64,000 nt of DNA, from positions 87,831-151,830 of the forward strand of contig DAOVPY010000002.1 in NCBI GenBank assembly GCA_030628945.1, written 5' to 3'. The DNA is from Candidatus Nealsonbacteria bacterium. Its GTDB lineage: Bacteria; Patescibacteriota; Minisyncoccia; Minisyncoccales; DAOVPY01. Under the pieces are notes generated by a model that saw nothing but the letters and a program-made list of their open reading frames with translations, was not told where the DNA came from and did no database searches. Below are positions 46,162 through 55,319 of this stretch, piece after piece (the stretch's first letter is position 1; the number at the start of each line of letters is the position of its first letter). Position numbers and translations under genes: made by a program.

Positions 46162-46211
46162 GGATATAATTCTCACTTTTAGTGATTGTAATTATATCCC
46201 TTTTTATTTTC
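46162..46211 (+). terminator. Intrinsic terminator of the antisense cassette
   Basis: ggatataatt(tcact ttt agtga)aattatatcc stem, then CTTTTTATTTT. Confidence 0.6.
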
Positions 46212-46252
46212 AAATTTTATTTTCAAATAATTTCTACAAACTTTTAACGGGG

Positions 46253-46281
46253 TTGACAAACATAATATAATTTGTTATGAT
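46253..46281 (+). promoter_or_regulatory. Promoter P2, identical copy of P1, pointing into antisense rplC
   Basis: Second copy of the 47-bp repeat (46253-46299). Confidence 0.5.
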
Positions 46282-46399
46282 AATTTCAGGAGGTAAAATT
46301 TATTGAAAGGAAAAATGTAATAAATAAGAGTGCCGTCAAAGGAGGTTAGCAATGCCACAGAGGGTTGGCAAAACAAAACCAGGGCGGCGCTTTTTTTTA

Positions 46400-46987
46400 T
46401 TATCCTCTGATTTCCAGAAATGTGCCGCGTCTGCCCGGCACAGCGCCCTTTACCGCAATTATGTTATTTTCTTTGTCAATTTTTACTATTTCCAGATTTT
46501 TTGTTGTTACTCTTTCCGCGCCCATTCTGCCGGGCATTTTTTTTCCTTTAATTACTCTTTGCGGATAACCGCATCCCACCGAGCCCAATGTCCGCTGTTC
46601 ATGTTTAACTCCGTGAGTAGCGTTCCTGCCGTGAAATCCCCACCTCTTTACAGCTCCCTGAAATCCTTTTCCCTTGGAAATCCCGGAAATCTTCACTTTA
46701 TGGCCTTCTTCAAAAATACTCACATCAATTTTGCTTCCCATTTTGTAATCCTCACCATCCTTAAACTCTCTTAAATGCCTAAACTCTTTTCCTTTCATTG
46801 TTTTCTTTATTTTATTTTTTTTCTCTATTTTCTCAAAACCAACCTGTATGGCGTTATATTTGTCCCTGTCTTTTGTTTTAATCTGCGTAATAAAACAAGG
46901 TCCCGCCTCAATCAGAGTCGCTGGAATAACTTTTTCGTCTTTCCAGAGCTGAGTCATTTCTAATTTTCTGCCTAATAAAAATTTCAT
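46400..46987 (-). CDS. rplC: 50S ribosomal protein L3
   Basis: LGRKLEMTQLW...KGKGFQGAVKRWGF. Confidence 0.95.
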   Translation of the reverse strand: MKFLLGRKLEMTQLWKDEKVIPATLIEAGPCFITQIKTKDRDKYNAIQVGFEKIEKKNKIKKTMKGKEFRHLREFKDGEDYKMGSKIDVSIFEEGHKVKISGISKGKGFQGAVKRWGFHGRNATHGVKHEQRTLGSVGCGYPQRVIKGKKMPGRMGAERVTTKNLEIVKIDKENNIIAVKGAVPGRRGTFLEIRG

Positions 46988-46999
46988 GTATTTTCAATG

Positions 47000-47025
47000 A
47001 AAAACTGGGCAACTGCCCAGTTTTT
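47000..47025 (-). terminator. Hairpin + U-run between rpsJ and rplC (attenuator candidate)
   Basis: aaaaactgggca/tgcccagttttt 12-bp stem. Confidence 0.4.
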
Positions 47026-47053
47026 CCGGCAATTCGCGCTATTTTTACATATT

Positions 47054-47392
47054 TCACATCTTAATTTCAATATCAACTCCGGCTGGCAGGGTTAAAGACG
47101 TTAAAGCGTCAAGAATTCTTGGATTTGGATTCAGGATATCTATCAGACGTTTATGCATCCTCATTTCAAACTGCTCCCTGCTGTCTTTATGGACAAAACT
47201 GGATCTGTTAACAGTATATTTGCGGATTTCAGTGGGAAGAGGCACGGGCCCGGAAATCTCGGCTCCATATCGCAAAACAGTCTCAACAATCTGTCGAGCG
47301 CTGTTATCAATAACTTTATGGTCGTAAGCCCGCAATTTAATCCTAAGCCTGGGCTTAATCTCTTCTTCTACGGCTTTCGTTTTTTTCGGCAT
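47054..47392 (-). CDS. rpsJ: 30S ribosomal protein S10
   Basis: [24 protein letters not shown]... Start set at the ATG at 47392 rather than the upstream GTG. Confidence 0.9.
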   Translation of the reverse strand: MPKKTKAVEEEIKPRLRIKLRAYDHKVIDNSARQIVETVLRYGAEISGPVPLPTEIRKYTVNRSSFVHKDSREQFEMRMHKRLIDILNPNPRILDALTSLTLPAGVDIEIKM

Positions 47393-47421
47393 AGCTTGAA
47401 AGAACACGCTTTATCAAAATT

Positions 47422-48621
47422 CTATTTTATAATTTTGGTGACTACTCCGGCTCCAACTGTCTTTCCCCCCTCTCTGATGGCAAATCTCTGTTTTTCCTCA
47501 AGGGCAACCGGCGCAATCAATTTAACTTTTAAATTAACAGTGTCTCCCGGCATAACCATTTCCGTGCCTTCGGGCAAAGTGACATCGCCGGTCACGTCAG
47601 TGGTCCGAATGTAAAACTGAGGCTTGTATCCCGCGAAAAACGGAGTATGGCGGCCTCCTTCCTCTTTACTCAAAATATAAATTTCTCCTTCAAATTCAGT
47701 GTGAGGGGTGATTGAACCGGGTTTTGCCAAAACTTGGCCTCTTTCCACTTCTTCTTTCTTAAATCCTCTTAAAAGAATACCAACATTGTCTCCTGCCCTT
47801 CCCTCATCCAATATTTTATTAAACATCTCAATGCTAACAGCCGTAGTTTTCTTGGTTGGCCGCAATCCTATTAATTCCACCTCTTCATTGGCATGGACTA
47901 TTCCTCTTTCAACTCTCCCCGTGGGAACGGTTCCTCTTCCGGCAATAGAAAAGACATCCTCAATAGCCATTAAAAAGGGCTTGTCTATGTCCCGTGTCGG
48001 CTCTGGAATATGCTCATCCACGGCTTTCATCAACTCAAAAATCGGTTTGGCGACTTCGTCGTCTGCTGTTTTCGCATCTATGGCCTTTAGGGCAGAACCC
48101 CTGATTATAGGAATCTTATCCCCGGGATAATTATATTTCTTCAAAAGCTCCCGCACCTCGGATTCCACTAAATCAATAATTTCCGGGTCGTCCACCATAT
48201 CGCACTTATTCAAAAAAACCACTAATGAAGGCAAACCCACCTGGCGCGCCAGCAAAATATGTTCTCTGGTTTGGGGCATTGGCCCGTCCGGCGCAGAAAC
48301 CACTAAAATCGCGCCGTCCATCTGAGCCGCGCCGGTAATCATATTCTTGATATAGTCGGCGTGGCCCGGGCAATCAATATGCGCGTAATGCCGCTTTTCG
48401 GTCTCGTATTCCAAATGAGCGACATTAATGGTCAAGCCGCGCGCTTTTTCCTCGGGCGCCGAATCAATCTGGTCCACGCTTTTCTCGCTGCATTTCCAGC
48501 CCTTTAACTTAAAGACGTGGAGAATAGCCGCGGTGAGCGTGGTTTTGCCATGGTCAACATGACCAATGGTGCCGATATTAAGATGAGGTTTCCCTCTCTC
48601 AAATTTTTCTTTCTCTGCCAT
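47422..48621 (-). CDS. tuf: Elongation factor Tu
   Basis: [27 protein letters not shown]. Confidence 0.98.
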   Translation of the reverse strand: MAEKEKFERGKPHLNIGTIGHVDHGKTTLTAAILHVFKLKGWKCSEKSVDQIDSAPEEKARGLTINVAHLEYETEKRHYAHIDCPGHADYIKNMITGAAQMDGAILVVSAPDGPMPQTREHILLARQVGLPSLVVFLNKCDMVDDPEIIDLVESEVRELLKKYNYPGDKIPIIRGSALKAIDAKTADDEVAKPIFELMKAVDEHIPEPTRDIDKPFLMAIEDVFSIAGRGTVPTGRVERGIVHANEEVELIGLRPTKKTTAVSIEMFNKILDEGRAGDNVGILLRGFKKEEVERGQVLAKPGSITPHTEFEGEIYILSKEEGGRHTPFFAGYKPQFYIRTTDVTGDVTLPEGTEMVMPGDTVNLKVKLIAPVALEEKQRFAIREGGKTVGAGVVTKIIK

Positions 48622-48716
48622 AATAAATTATGAAACTTGAAACTTGAAACTTGAAACTTAATTAAAAGGTTACAGGTTTCAGGCTGCAGATTTCAAAAAT
48701 TTGTTAATATGTTTTT

Positions 48717-48745
48717 ATTCTATTAAAACTAAAAAAAAATGTCAA
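48717..48745 (-). promoter_or_regulatory. tuf promoter candidate
   Basis: Minus strand TTGACA, 17 nt, TAGAAT. About 95-nt leader containing a heptamer-repeat hairpin. Confidence 0.5.
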
Positions 48746-48841
48746 CCTTTATATTTATAATATAATTATACTAAATTATAGTTAAATGGGCAAGCCCTGT
48801 TAAATGCCACTTCGCGGCAATTTTGCGTGTAGCAAAATTAT

Positions 48842-49105
48842 TTAACAAGGCAAGTCCTCTATCTTCAATGGTTCGTTCTTTAGTCCTTCTGGCAACTGCT
48901 CATTATCTTGGTCTTTTTTAATTTCCCCGAGATTATTAGATTTATCCAAAATTTTTTTATAGTCCTCAAATTTGAGCACTGCCAACTCTGGCTTTCCGTT
49001 TTCCACAATAATAAGTCTGCCTTTATCTTTCTCTATTAAATTCTTGATTTCATCTAATTCCATGAATTTTAATTTTACCTTAGCAAACTCCTTCCAAAAA
49101 ATCAA
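48842..49105 (-). CDS. Phd/YefM-like antitoxin-domain protein (no adjacent toxin)
   Basis: GRLIIVENGKPELAVLKFEDYKKIL resembles the Phd/YefM N-domain. The last codons and the stop come from a palindromic element. Confidence 0.4.
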   Translation of the reverse strand: MIFWKEFAKVKLKFMELDEIKNLIEKDKGRLIIVENGKPELAVLKFEDYKKILDKSNNLGEIKKDQDNEQLPEGLKNEPLKIEDLPC

Positions 49106-49124
49106 ACTATTTAAATCTTAGAAA

Positions 49125-49496
49125 TTACTTTTGGTCCTCAAATTTCGGCGCTTTCCCTTCTTTGACTAATTTTTCTAATTCCTCAAGAGACCTTTCGTAA
49201 GACGTTCCTCTTGAACCCAAAGCGGTTTTTGTTAATATCTCTGTGATTCTTTTATCTATCTTCTGCCAATCCTCAAACGCGACACCCATTTTCTTCATTT
49301 TTTCTCGCATCAACTCCTCAAATCTCTTTTCTTTCTCAAGCCCTTCTCTTTCCTTTGCTTCTTTGTTCACTTGCCTCCAAACAGAAAAATCCAGTTCCTC
49401 AAAATCTTGAATACTCATCTTCCTTAATTCTTCTACATTTAATATCTTTTCTTTTTCTTCTTCAACTTTCGGTTCTCTTTTTTCTATTGATGGCAT
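49125..49496 (-). CDS. Hypothetical acidic protein (paralogous 5' end with 50588-50911)
   Basis: MPSIEKREPKVEEEKEK...; shares its upstream 30 nt and N-terminus with the other copy. Confidence 0.45.
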   Translation of the reverse strand: MPSIEKREPKVEEEKEKILNVEELRKMSIQDFEELDFSVWRQVNKEAKEREGLEKEKRFEELMREKMKKMGVAFEDWQKIDKRITEILTKTALGSRGTSYERSLEELEKLVKEGKAPKFEDQK

Positions 49497-49561
49497 AATT
49501 TTTATAATTTTTTATTGATATTGATATTAAACCCGACCTTTTAAAAATTTTAAACTTCTAA

Positions 49562-50209
49562 TTACATTTTAGATAGACTCTTCTTTAGCGCTTCTTGCAA
49601 TGCTAATGATATAATCTCTTCTAATAACGAGTAATCATGTTTATCGGCAAGTTGCATTGCTCTGGTATAACGTTCTCTGTCTTTTTTAATTTCAACTTTA
49701 ATTTCTAAAAGCGGAAGTCCCAATTTCAAAAAAATAAGATTGGTTAAAAGTCGCGCTGTTCTGCCGTTATAGTCATTAAAAGGATGTATCCAAACAAAAC
49801 GATGCTGTGCCCAACTAGTTAAGGATACAATTTCTTTAAGATATTTATCCACTTCTGTTTTTGGGGGAATATGTTTTAACCTCTCATTCAAATCATCGCA
49901 AAATTGTTTTATTAAAATCGGCACTTTATAAAATTTTGGCGGGTGATAACCGGAAATCTCTACTTCAATTTTTCTGAATTTTCCTGCCCATTTTGGAAAA
50001 ATCCAGGCAAAAGATTTTTTATGGATAGACAAAATCATTTCGGAAGAAATTAAAAAATCCTTTTTTGATAAAATTTTTATAAACTTTAATCCCCTTTTCA
50101 CCCCTTCGCTTTCTAATTTTACTAATTTAGAACGAGAAACAATTCCAAACTTTGTCTCCTTGAAATTGGTAGCGTCTTTTGGTTTTGTAGAATTTTTCTT
50201 TTTTGGCAT
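49562..50209 (-). CDS. Fic/Doc-family protein (toxin candidate)
   Basis: Fic motif variant HPFNDYNGRTAR (consensus HxFx[DE]GNGRxxR, with Tyr replacing the first Gly). Confidence 0.8.
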   Translation of the reverse strand: MPKKKNSTKPKDATNFKETKFGIVSRSKLVKLESEGVKRGLKFIKILSKKDFLISSEMILSIHKKSFAWIFPKWAGKFRKIEVEISGYHPPKFYKVPILIKQFCDDLNERLKHIPPKTEVDKYLKEIVSLTSWAQHRFVWIHPFNDYNGRTARLLTNLIFLKLGLPLLEIKVEIKKDRERYTRAMQLADKHDYSLLEEIISLALQEALKKSLSKM

Positions 50210-50210
50210 T

Positions 50211-50429
50211 TTACTTTGATTTTAATATCTTCTTAATATCCTTGCGGCTTATATTCTCGCCCTCAAGTTTCATTGTCCGAAAAATCACTTCTGGAACTTG
50301 TTTATTGAAAAATTTCTCTTTTTCTGCTTGAGAAAGTTTCAAAAAATTATACAAAAGAAAAGCCTGCGCAAGCTCTCTGCGCTTTTGCGATTGACTCTTT
50401 TTAATAATTTTAATTTCAGATTTTTTCAT
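50211..50429 (-). CDS. FicA/VbhA-like antitoxin
   Basis: 72 aa. Contains TMKLEG, which matches the inhibitory helix motif [ST]xxxE[GN]. Its stop lies 1 nt before the Fic ATG. Confidence 0.55.
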   Translation of the reverse strand: MKKSEIKIIKKSQSQKRRELAQAFLLYNFLKLSQAEKEKFFNKQVPEVIFRTMKLEGENISRKDIKKILKSK

Positions 50430-50587
50430 CTTGTAAACTTCTCCTAAAAAATCAAATCAAATTTCTATACAACAACAGAAATGTTTAACTTACGATGTTA
50501 AACATACCGATGTTTAAAAATCATTTCTCGCCCTCATCCTTGCCGCACGCTCAAATTGCCCATCACGTCTCCTAAAAAATCACTTAA

Positions 50588-50911
50588 TTAATTTAGGCCT
50601 TTGGTCATTTTGGCAAAAAGTTCGCGAAGTTCTTCGTGATCAGCAAAACTTTCACCTTCTATATTCAACTCGTCAGTTACATCCATCACTTCCAGCCCCT
50701 GCTCTGTAATAGTCCAAAGGCCGCCATCCCTTTTTTTGTAACGCTTAATACCTTCCTCTATTTGCTCTCGGGAAAGCCCAAATCTTTTCACAACCGGCAA
50801 AGAGAGAATTTCTTCAATGTTTACTTCCTCTAATTCTTTTTTCTTTTCTTCTCCTTGTTCCCCTTCTTTCTTTTCGATTACTGGTTTTCTTTTTTCAATT
50901 GATTCTGGCAT
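50588..50911 (-). CDS. Hypothetical acidic protein (paralogous 5' end with 49125-49496)
   Basis: MPESIEKRKPVIEKKEGE... Confidence 0.45.
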   Translation of the reverse strand: MPESIEKRKPVIEKKEGEQGEEKKKELEEVNIEEILSLPVVKRFGLSREQIEEGIKRYKKRDGGLWTITEQGLEVMDVTDELNIEGESFADHEELRELFAKMTKGLN

Positions 50912-51018
50912 AATTTTTATAGTTTTTTATTGATAAAATTTTAAACCCGACCTTTTTATCTACTATTTTTATAGTATCTAAAAATAGCATTATGGTCAAA
51001 TAAACTTTGGGGTTTTAG

Positions 51019-51146
51019 CGAAGAATGTGGTTTTTGGGATAAATTGTAAGCGAGGCTAATGAAAATTTTTAGTATGGGGTGGTCTGGGTGGGTCTATTAC
51101 TAAAAATTTTCATTTGCCGAGCGATATAAAACCATATTCCGAGCGA
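51019..51146. repeat. GGAATGTGGTTT-type structured intergenic element, copy C
   Basis: Abuts the fusA stop codon; near-identical to copy B. Confidence 0.8.
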
Positions 51147-53255
51147 TTACCGGCGTTTGCCTTCCGCGATTTCCCGGGCAATGTTGCCCGGGACTTCCTC
51201 ATATTTGTCAAATTCCATAGTAAAGGTTCCTCTGCCCTCTGTAAGAGAGCGGAGCGAAGTGGCGTAGCCGAACATCTCTGCCAAGGGAACCTTGGCGTCA
51301 ATCACTTTCAAATTCAAGCGGTCGCTTGTTTCTTCTATTTTGCCGCGCCGCGCGCTCAAATTGCCCATCACGTCTCCTAAAAAGTTTTCCGGGACAATTA
51401 CTTCCAGTTTCATAATCGGTTCCAAAAGAATCGGCTTGGCTCTTTTTGTCGCGCTTTGCAATGCCTGGGAACCGGCAATTTTAAAAGCGATTTCCGAAGA
51501 ATCAACTTCATGGAAAGAGCCATCATATAAAGCAACGCTCATATCTATCAATGGATAGCCGGCAACCACGCCTTTTAACATTGCCTCTTTAATTCCTTTT
51601 TCAACAGCCGGAATAAACTCCTTGGGAATAATTCCGCCTTTAATTTCGTCAATAAATTCAAAGCCCTGTCCTCTTTCTTTTGACTCAACCCTGAGCCAGA
51701 CATGGCCGTATTGGCCCCTGCCTCCTGACTGGCGAATATATTTTCCTTCGGCTTCGGCTTCTGTTTTTATCGTCTCTTTGTAGGCAACCTGGGGCCTGCC
51801 CACGCTCGCTTCAACTTTAAATTCTCTTTTCATTCTGTCCACTAAAATATCCAGATGAAGTTCGCCCATTCCGGAAATAATGGTTTCTCCCGTATCAGGG
51901 TCGCCTTTTATTCTGAAAGTCGGGTCTTCCTCGGCCAAACGATGAAGAGCCATGCCCATTTTTTCCTGATCTGCTTTTGTTTTCGGCTCAATGCGAATAG
52001 CAATAACCGGCTCAGGAAAAGTAATTTCTTCCAGAACAATCGGCACGCTGTCCGGGTCGCATAATGTATGGCCTGTGCTGGTATTTTTGAGGCCCACGGT
52101 AGCCGCGATGTCGCCGCTAAATAATTCATCCACCTCTTCTCTTTCAGCGGCATGCATCCTTAAAATCCTGCCTAAACGCTCTTTCTCTCTGGTGGTGGTA
52201 TTCAGGATATAAGAACCCTTGCTTAACGTTCCGGCATAAACCCTAAAATAAGTAAGGGCTCCCACATAAGGATCTGTGGCAACCTTGAAAGCCAGCGCGG
52301 TGAACGGCTCGCTGTCATCGGATTTCCTGCTTATTTCTTTGCCTGTTTTTGAATCAACGCCGATAATCGCCGGCAAGTCAACAGGGCTGGGAAGGTAATA
52401 AACAACTCCGTCCAGCAAAGGCTGGACTCCTGTATTTTTCAAAGCGCTCCCGCAAAAAACCGGAATAAGTTTGTAATTTATGGTTGCTTGTCTTAAAACC
52501 CGTCTTAAATCCTCAATGGAAATTTCTTCGCGCGCCAGATATTTTTCCAGCAAATTTTCGTCTTCCGCAGCGATTTTCTCAACCATTTTGTCCCGCCATT
52601 TATGCGCTTTTTCCAATAAGCCAGAAGGGATTTCTTCTAATTTTACTTTCTCACCCAAATTGCCTTCAAATTTCAGCGCTTTCATAGAAAACAAATCAAC
52701 CACTCCGCTTAAATTCTGTTCTTCTCCAATTGGAATCTGCACGGCGCAGGCGTTCGGAGAAAGTTTCTGGACAATGGAATTAAAACTCTTTTCAAAAGAG
52801 GCGCCTATTCTGTCCAATTTATTGATAAAACATATTCTTGGCACCTTAAACTTATCTGCCTGTCGCCACACGGTTTCTGATTGCGGCTCTACTCCGGCAA
52901 CGCCGTCAAAAACAACTACGGCGCCGTCCAGCACTCTAAGCGACCTCTGAACCTCAACGGTAAAATCAATATGGCCGGGTGTGTCAATAATGTTAAATCT
53001 ATGCTCGTTTGTTTTTTCTTTGGTTAAATATTCTTCCGGCGACCAAAAGCATGTTGTTGCCGCGGAAGTTATGGTAATCCCCCGCTCTCTTTCCTGCTCC
53101 ATCCAATCCATAATCGCTTTTCCTTCATGCACCTCGCCGATTTTGTGGGAAATCCCTGTATAAAAAAGCACCCGTTCAGTCACGGTTGTTTTCCCTGCGT
53201 CAATGTGCGCTATAATGCCAATATTTCTGTATTTTTCTATTGGATACTTTCTCAT
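51147..53255 (-). CDS. fusA: Elongation factor G
   Basis: [21 protein letters not shown]; 702 aa. Confidence 0.98.
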   Translation of the reverse strand: MRKYPIEKYRNIGIIAHIDAGKTTVTERVLFYTGISHKIGEVHEGKAIMDWMEQERERGITITSAATTCFWSPEEYLTKEKTNEHRFNIIDTPGHIDFTVEVQRSLRVLDGAVVVFDGVAGVEPQSETVWRQADKFKVPRICFINKLDRIGASFEKSFNSIVQKLSPNACAVQIPIGEEQNLSGVVDLFSMKALKFEGNLGEKVKLEEIPSGLLEKAHKWRDKMVEKIAAEDENLLEKYLAREEISIEDLRRVLRQATINYKLIPVFCGSALKNTGVQPLLDGVVYYLPSPVDLPAIIGVDSKTGKEISRKSDDSEPFTALAFKVATDPYVGALTYFRVYAGTLSKGSYILNTTTREKERLGRILRMHAAEREEVDELFSGDIAATVGLKNTSTGHTLCDPDSVPIVLEEITFPEPVIAIRIEPKTKADQEKMGMALHRLAEEDPTFRIKGDPDTGETIISGMGELHLDILVDRMKREFKVEASVGRPQVAYKETIKTEAEAEGKYIRQSGGRGQYGHVWLRVESKERGQGFEFIDEIKGGIIPKEFIPAVEKGIKEAMLKGVVAGYPLIDMSVALYDGSFHEVDSSEIAFKIAGSQALQSATKRAKPILLEPIMKLEVIVPENFLGDVMGNLSARRGKIEETSDRLNLKVIDAKVPLAEMFGYATSLRSLTEGRGTFTMEFDKYEEVPGNIAREIAEGKRR

Positions 53256-53288
53256 GAATTTTTAATTTTTGATTTTTCAAATTATAAA

Positions 53289-53320
53289 GCAAGGAATGTG
53301 GTTTTTGGGACATTCCTTGC
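53289..53320. repeat. Mini-hairpin version of the GGAATGTGGTTT element (copy D)
   Basis: gcaaggaatgt-ggtttttggg-acattccttgc, a perfect 11-bp stem just after the rpsG stop. Confidence 0.6.
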
Positions 53321-53323
53321 GAT

Positions 53324-53788
53324 TTATCGGGCGAAGTGGGCAAAGGCGCGGTTCGCTTCCGCCATTCTGTGGGTATTTTCTTTTTTCTTTACCGCGGAGC
53401 CGGTATTGTTTGAGGCGTCAATTAATTCCTGGGCTAATTTTTCCTTCATCGGCTTGCCCTTTTTTGCTCTGCTTGCCTGAATAAGCCAGCGAATAGCCAA
53501 AGTCATTCGCCTCTCTCCTTTTACTTCCCGCGGCACCTGATAAGTGGCGCCTCCCACTCTTTTTGATTTCACTTCCAACACAGGTCCCGCGTTTCTCAAA
53601 GCCAAATCAAAAACCTCCAAGACATCTTTTTTTGTTTTTTCTTTAATAATGTCAAAAGCGCTGTAAACAATTTTTCTTGCCGCGTTCTTTTTGCCGCGCT
53701 CCATAATCCGGTTGATAAATCTGGCAACAGTGATGTTGTCATAAACCGGATCGGGCTGAATTATGTGTTTTTTTATTTTTTTCGGCAT
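53324..53788 (-). CDS. rpsG: 30S ribosomal protein S7
   Basis: PDPVY...; C-terminal [18 protein letters not shown]. Confidence 0.95.
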   Translation of the reverse strand: MPKKIKKHIIQPDPVYDNITVARFINRIMERGKKNAARKIVYSAFDIIKEKTKKDVLEVFDLALRNAGPVLEVKSKRVGGATYQVPREVKGERRMTLAIRWLIQASRAKKGKPMKEKLAQELIDASNNTGSAVKKKENTHRMAEANRAFAHFAR

Positions 53789-53790
53789 AG

Positions 53791-54204
53791 TTATTTTTGT
53801 CGTTTGGTGCCGTATTTGCTTCTCTGCTGCTTCCTTCCCTCCACTCCGCCGGTGTCTAATTTTCCGCGCACCACATGATATCTTACTCCGGGCAAATCTT
53901 TCACTCTTCCCCCTCTAAGCAAAACAACCGCGTGCTCTTGCAGATTATGTCCTTCCCCGGGAATATAAGCCGTCACTTCCATTCCGTTGGTAAGCCGGAC
54001 CCGGGCCACTTTTCTCAAAGCTGAATTCGGTTTTGTGGGAGTAACGGTAAAAACCTTAAGGCAAACTCCCCTTTTAAAGGAAGAAAAATATTTCCGGGGC
54101 TGGTTCTTCAAAACATTAAACCCAAAACTCAAAGCCGGCCCCTTAACCGGCTTTTTCATTTTCTTCCTGCTTTTTTTCATCAATTGATGAATGGTCGGAC
54201 ACAT
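53791..54204 (-). CDS. rpsL: 30S ribosomal protein S12
   Basis: PTIHQLMKK...[31 protein letters not shown]. Confidence 0.95.
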   Translation of the reverse strand: MCPTIHQLMKKSRKKMKKPVKGPALSFGFNVLKNQPRKYFSSFKRGVCLKVFTVTPTKPNSALRKVARVRLTNGMEVTAYIPGEGHNLQEHAVVLLRGGRVKDLPGVRYHVVRGKLDTGGVEGRKQQRSKYGTKRQK

Positions 54205-54212
54205 ATGTTTTT

Positions 54213-54241
54213 AATGTAGCAAACCAAAAAACAAAAGTCAA
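54213..54241 (-). promoter_or_regulatory. rpsL operon promoter candidate
   Basis: Minus strand TTGACT, 17 nt, TACATT, 8 nt before the ATG region. Preceded by a terminator hairpin at 54256-54285. Confidence 0.5.
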
Positions 54242-54321
54242 ACCCTCCAAATAGAAAAGCGCGGGTTTACGCCTGCGCCTTTTTTAATTACCTCCTAAAA
54301 ATTTCTCCTGTTTCAAAACAT

Positions 54322-55137
54322 TTATTTTTCATCCGGAGAATTCTTCAACCAGGACTTTCTCATTGCCTCTCTTTTTTTTATTGCTTCTTGATAAGTATGC
54401 TTGTTGTCAATCAAAAAGTCCAGTTTTTGGTCTCTGACAAACTTGAAAATTCTCTTCGGCGGAACGAAAAATCCCATCCAGCTTACGACATTTGTCCCGA
54501 AACCCAATTGAACACTGGTAATTCGAGCCGGAATGCCAATAAATTGTTTTGTATCTTCCAGAAACACGGCTCCTCCTGAATTGCCGAAAATGCTGTTGGC
54601 ATTGGACATCCAGTATTTTTCGCCATCTATAATTTCTTTCAGGGAAGAAATTTGTCCTTTGTTGGGAAACGGTTCGTGGAGCAAAGAACAACCTACGCTG
54701 TATATCGGCATAAAGACCTTTATTTTGGAAATTTCTTTTGCCGGTATTAATTCTGCGACATAGGGCATTTTCCGCGGCGTATCAATCTTTAAAATAGCCA
54801 GATCATTGGTCTCATCATAAGCAATAATGGTCCCCTGGTGTGTATTGCTGCTTACTACTTCGGAAAGCCGCACATAATCAAAAATATCTATATTAACCTT
54901 TTCAAAGATTTCCCTTCTAACTTCTTTTTTAGAAAGGTCATCCCATTCTTCCTTATAATGTATGGCACCTTCTACAACGTGCCAGTTGGTAATAATAATA
55001 CTAATCCATTCTCCGGGATTTTCCGGGTCTTCTTGAGAATAGATAATTGTTCCTGAACCGCCGGCTGCACTGGTTCTTATCCTTACCACCGGATACAAAA
55101 TTTTCTCATGCAATTCTTTCAATTCTTTTTCTTCCAT
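54322..55137 (-). CDS. Trypsin-like serine protease
   Basis: TNWHVV (His), ...DLAILKI (Asp), GNSGGAVF (Ser) triad context. Confidence 0.8.
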   Translation of the reverse strand: MEEKELKELHEKILYPVVRIRTSAAGGSGTIIYSQEDPENPGEWISIIITNWHVVEGAIHYKEEWDDLSKKEVRREIFEKVNIDIFDYVRLSEVVSSNTHQGTIIAYDETNDLAILKIDTPRKMPYVAELIPAKEISKIKVFMPIYSVGCSLLHEPFPNKGQISSLKEIIDGEKYWMSNANSIFGNSGGAVFLEDTKQFIGIPARITSVQLGFGTNVVSWMGFFVPPKRIFKFVRDQKLDFLIDNKHTYQEAIKKREAMRKSWLKNSPDEK

Positions 55138-55291
55138 TTTTTCTCACCCCTACTTTTTCCTTTATTTCGTTTTACCCCCACACCAAAATTTTGATGACGG
55201 GAATAAACCCACATACCACTAACTAAAATTTTGGTAGTGGGAGTTTTCAACGAACTTTATTACACAATAAACAATTGAAAAATCTTGTCAA

Positions 55292-55319
55292 CCCCCACAC
55301 CTATTTTTAGGTGTGGGGG
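55292..55319. promoter_or_regulatory. CCCCCACACCTA/TAGGTGTGGGGG palindrome fused to TTGACA (operator-promoter candidate for the protease gene)
   Basis: Minus strand reads TTGAC-palindrome-TTGACA. The same architecture occurs at 63492-63528. Confidence 0.45.

Noticed and set aside
46352-46774. 140-aa plus-strand ORF with a good AAAGGAGG-ATG start, antisense to rplC
   Set aside because: The protein sequence looks like the antisense translation of conserved L3 codons. The SD/ATG may matter for antisense RNA from promoter P2 (see findings), but a 140-aa product is not supported.
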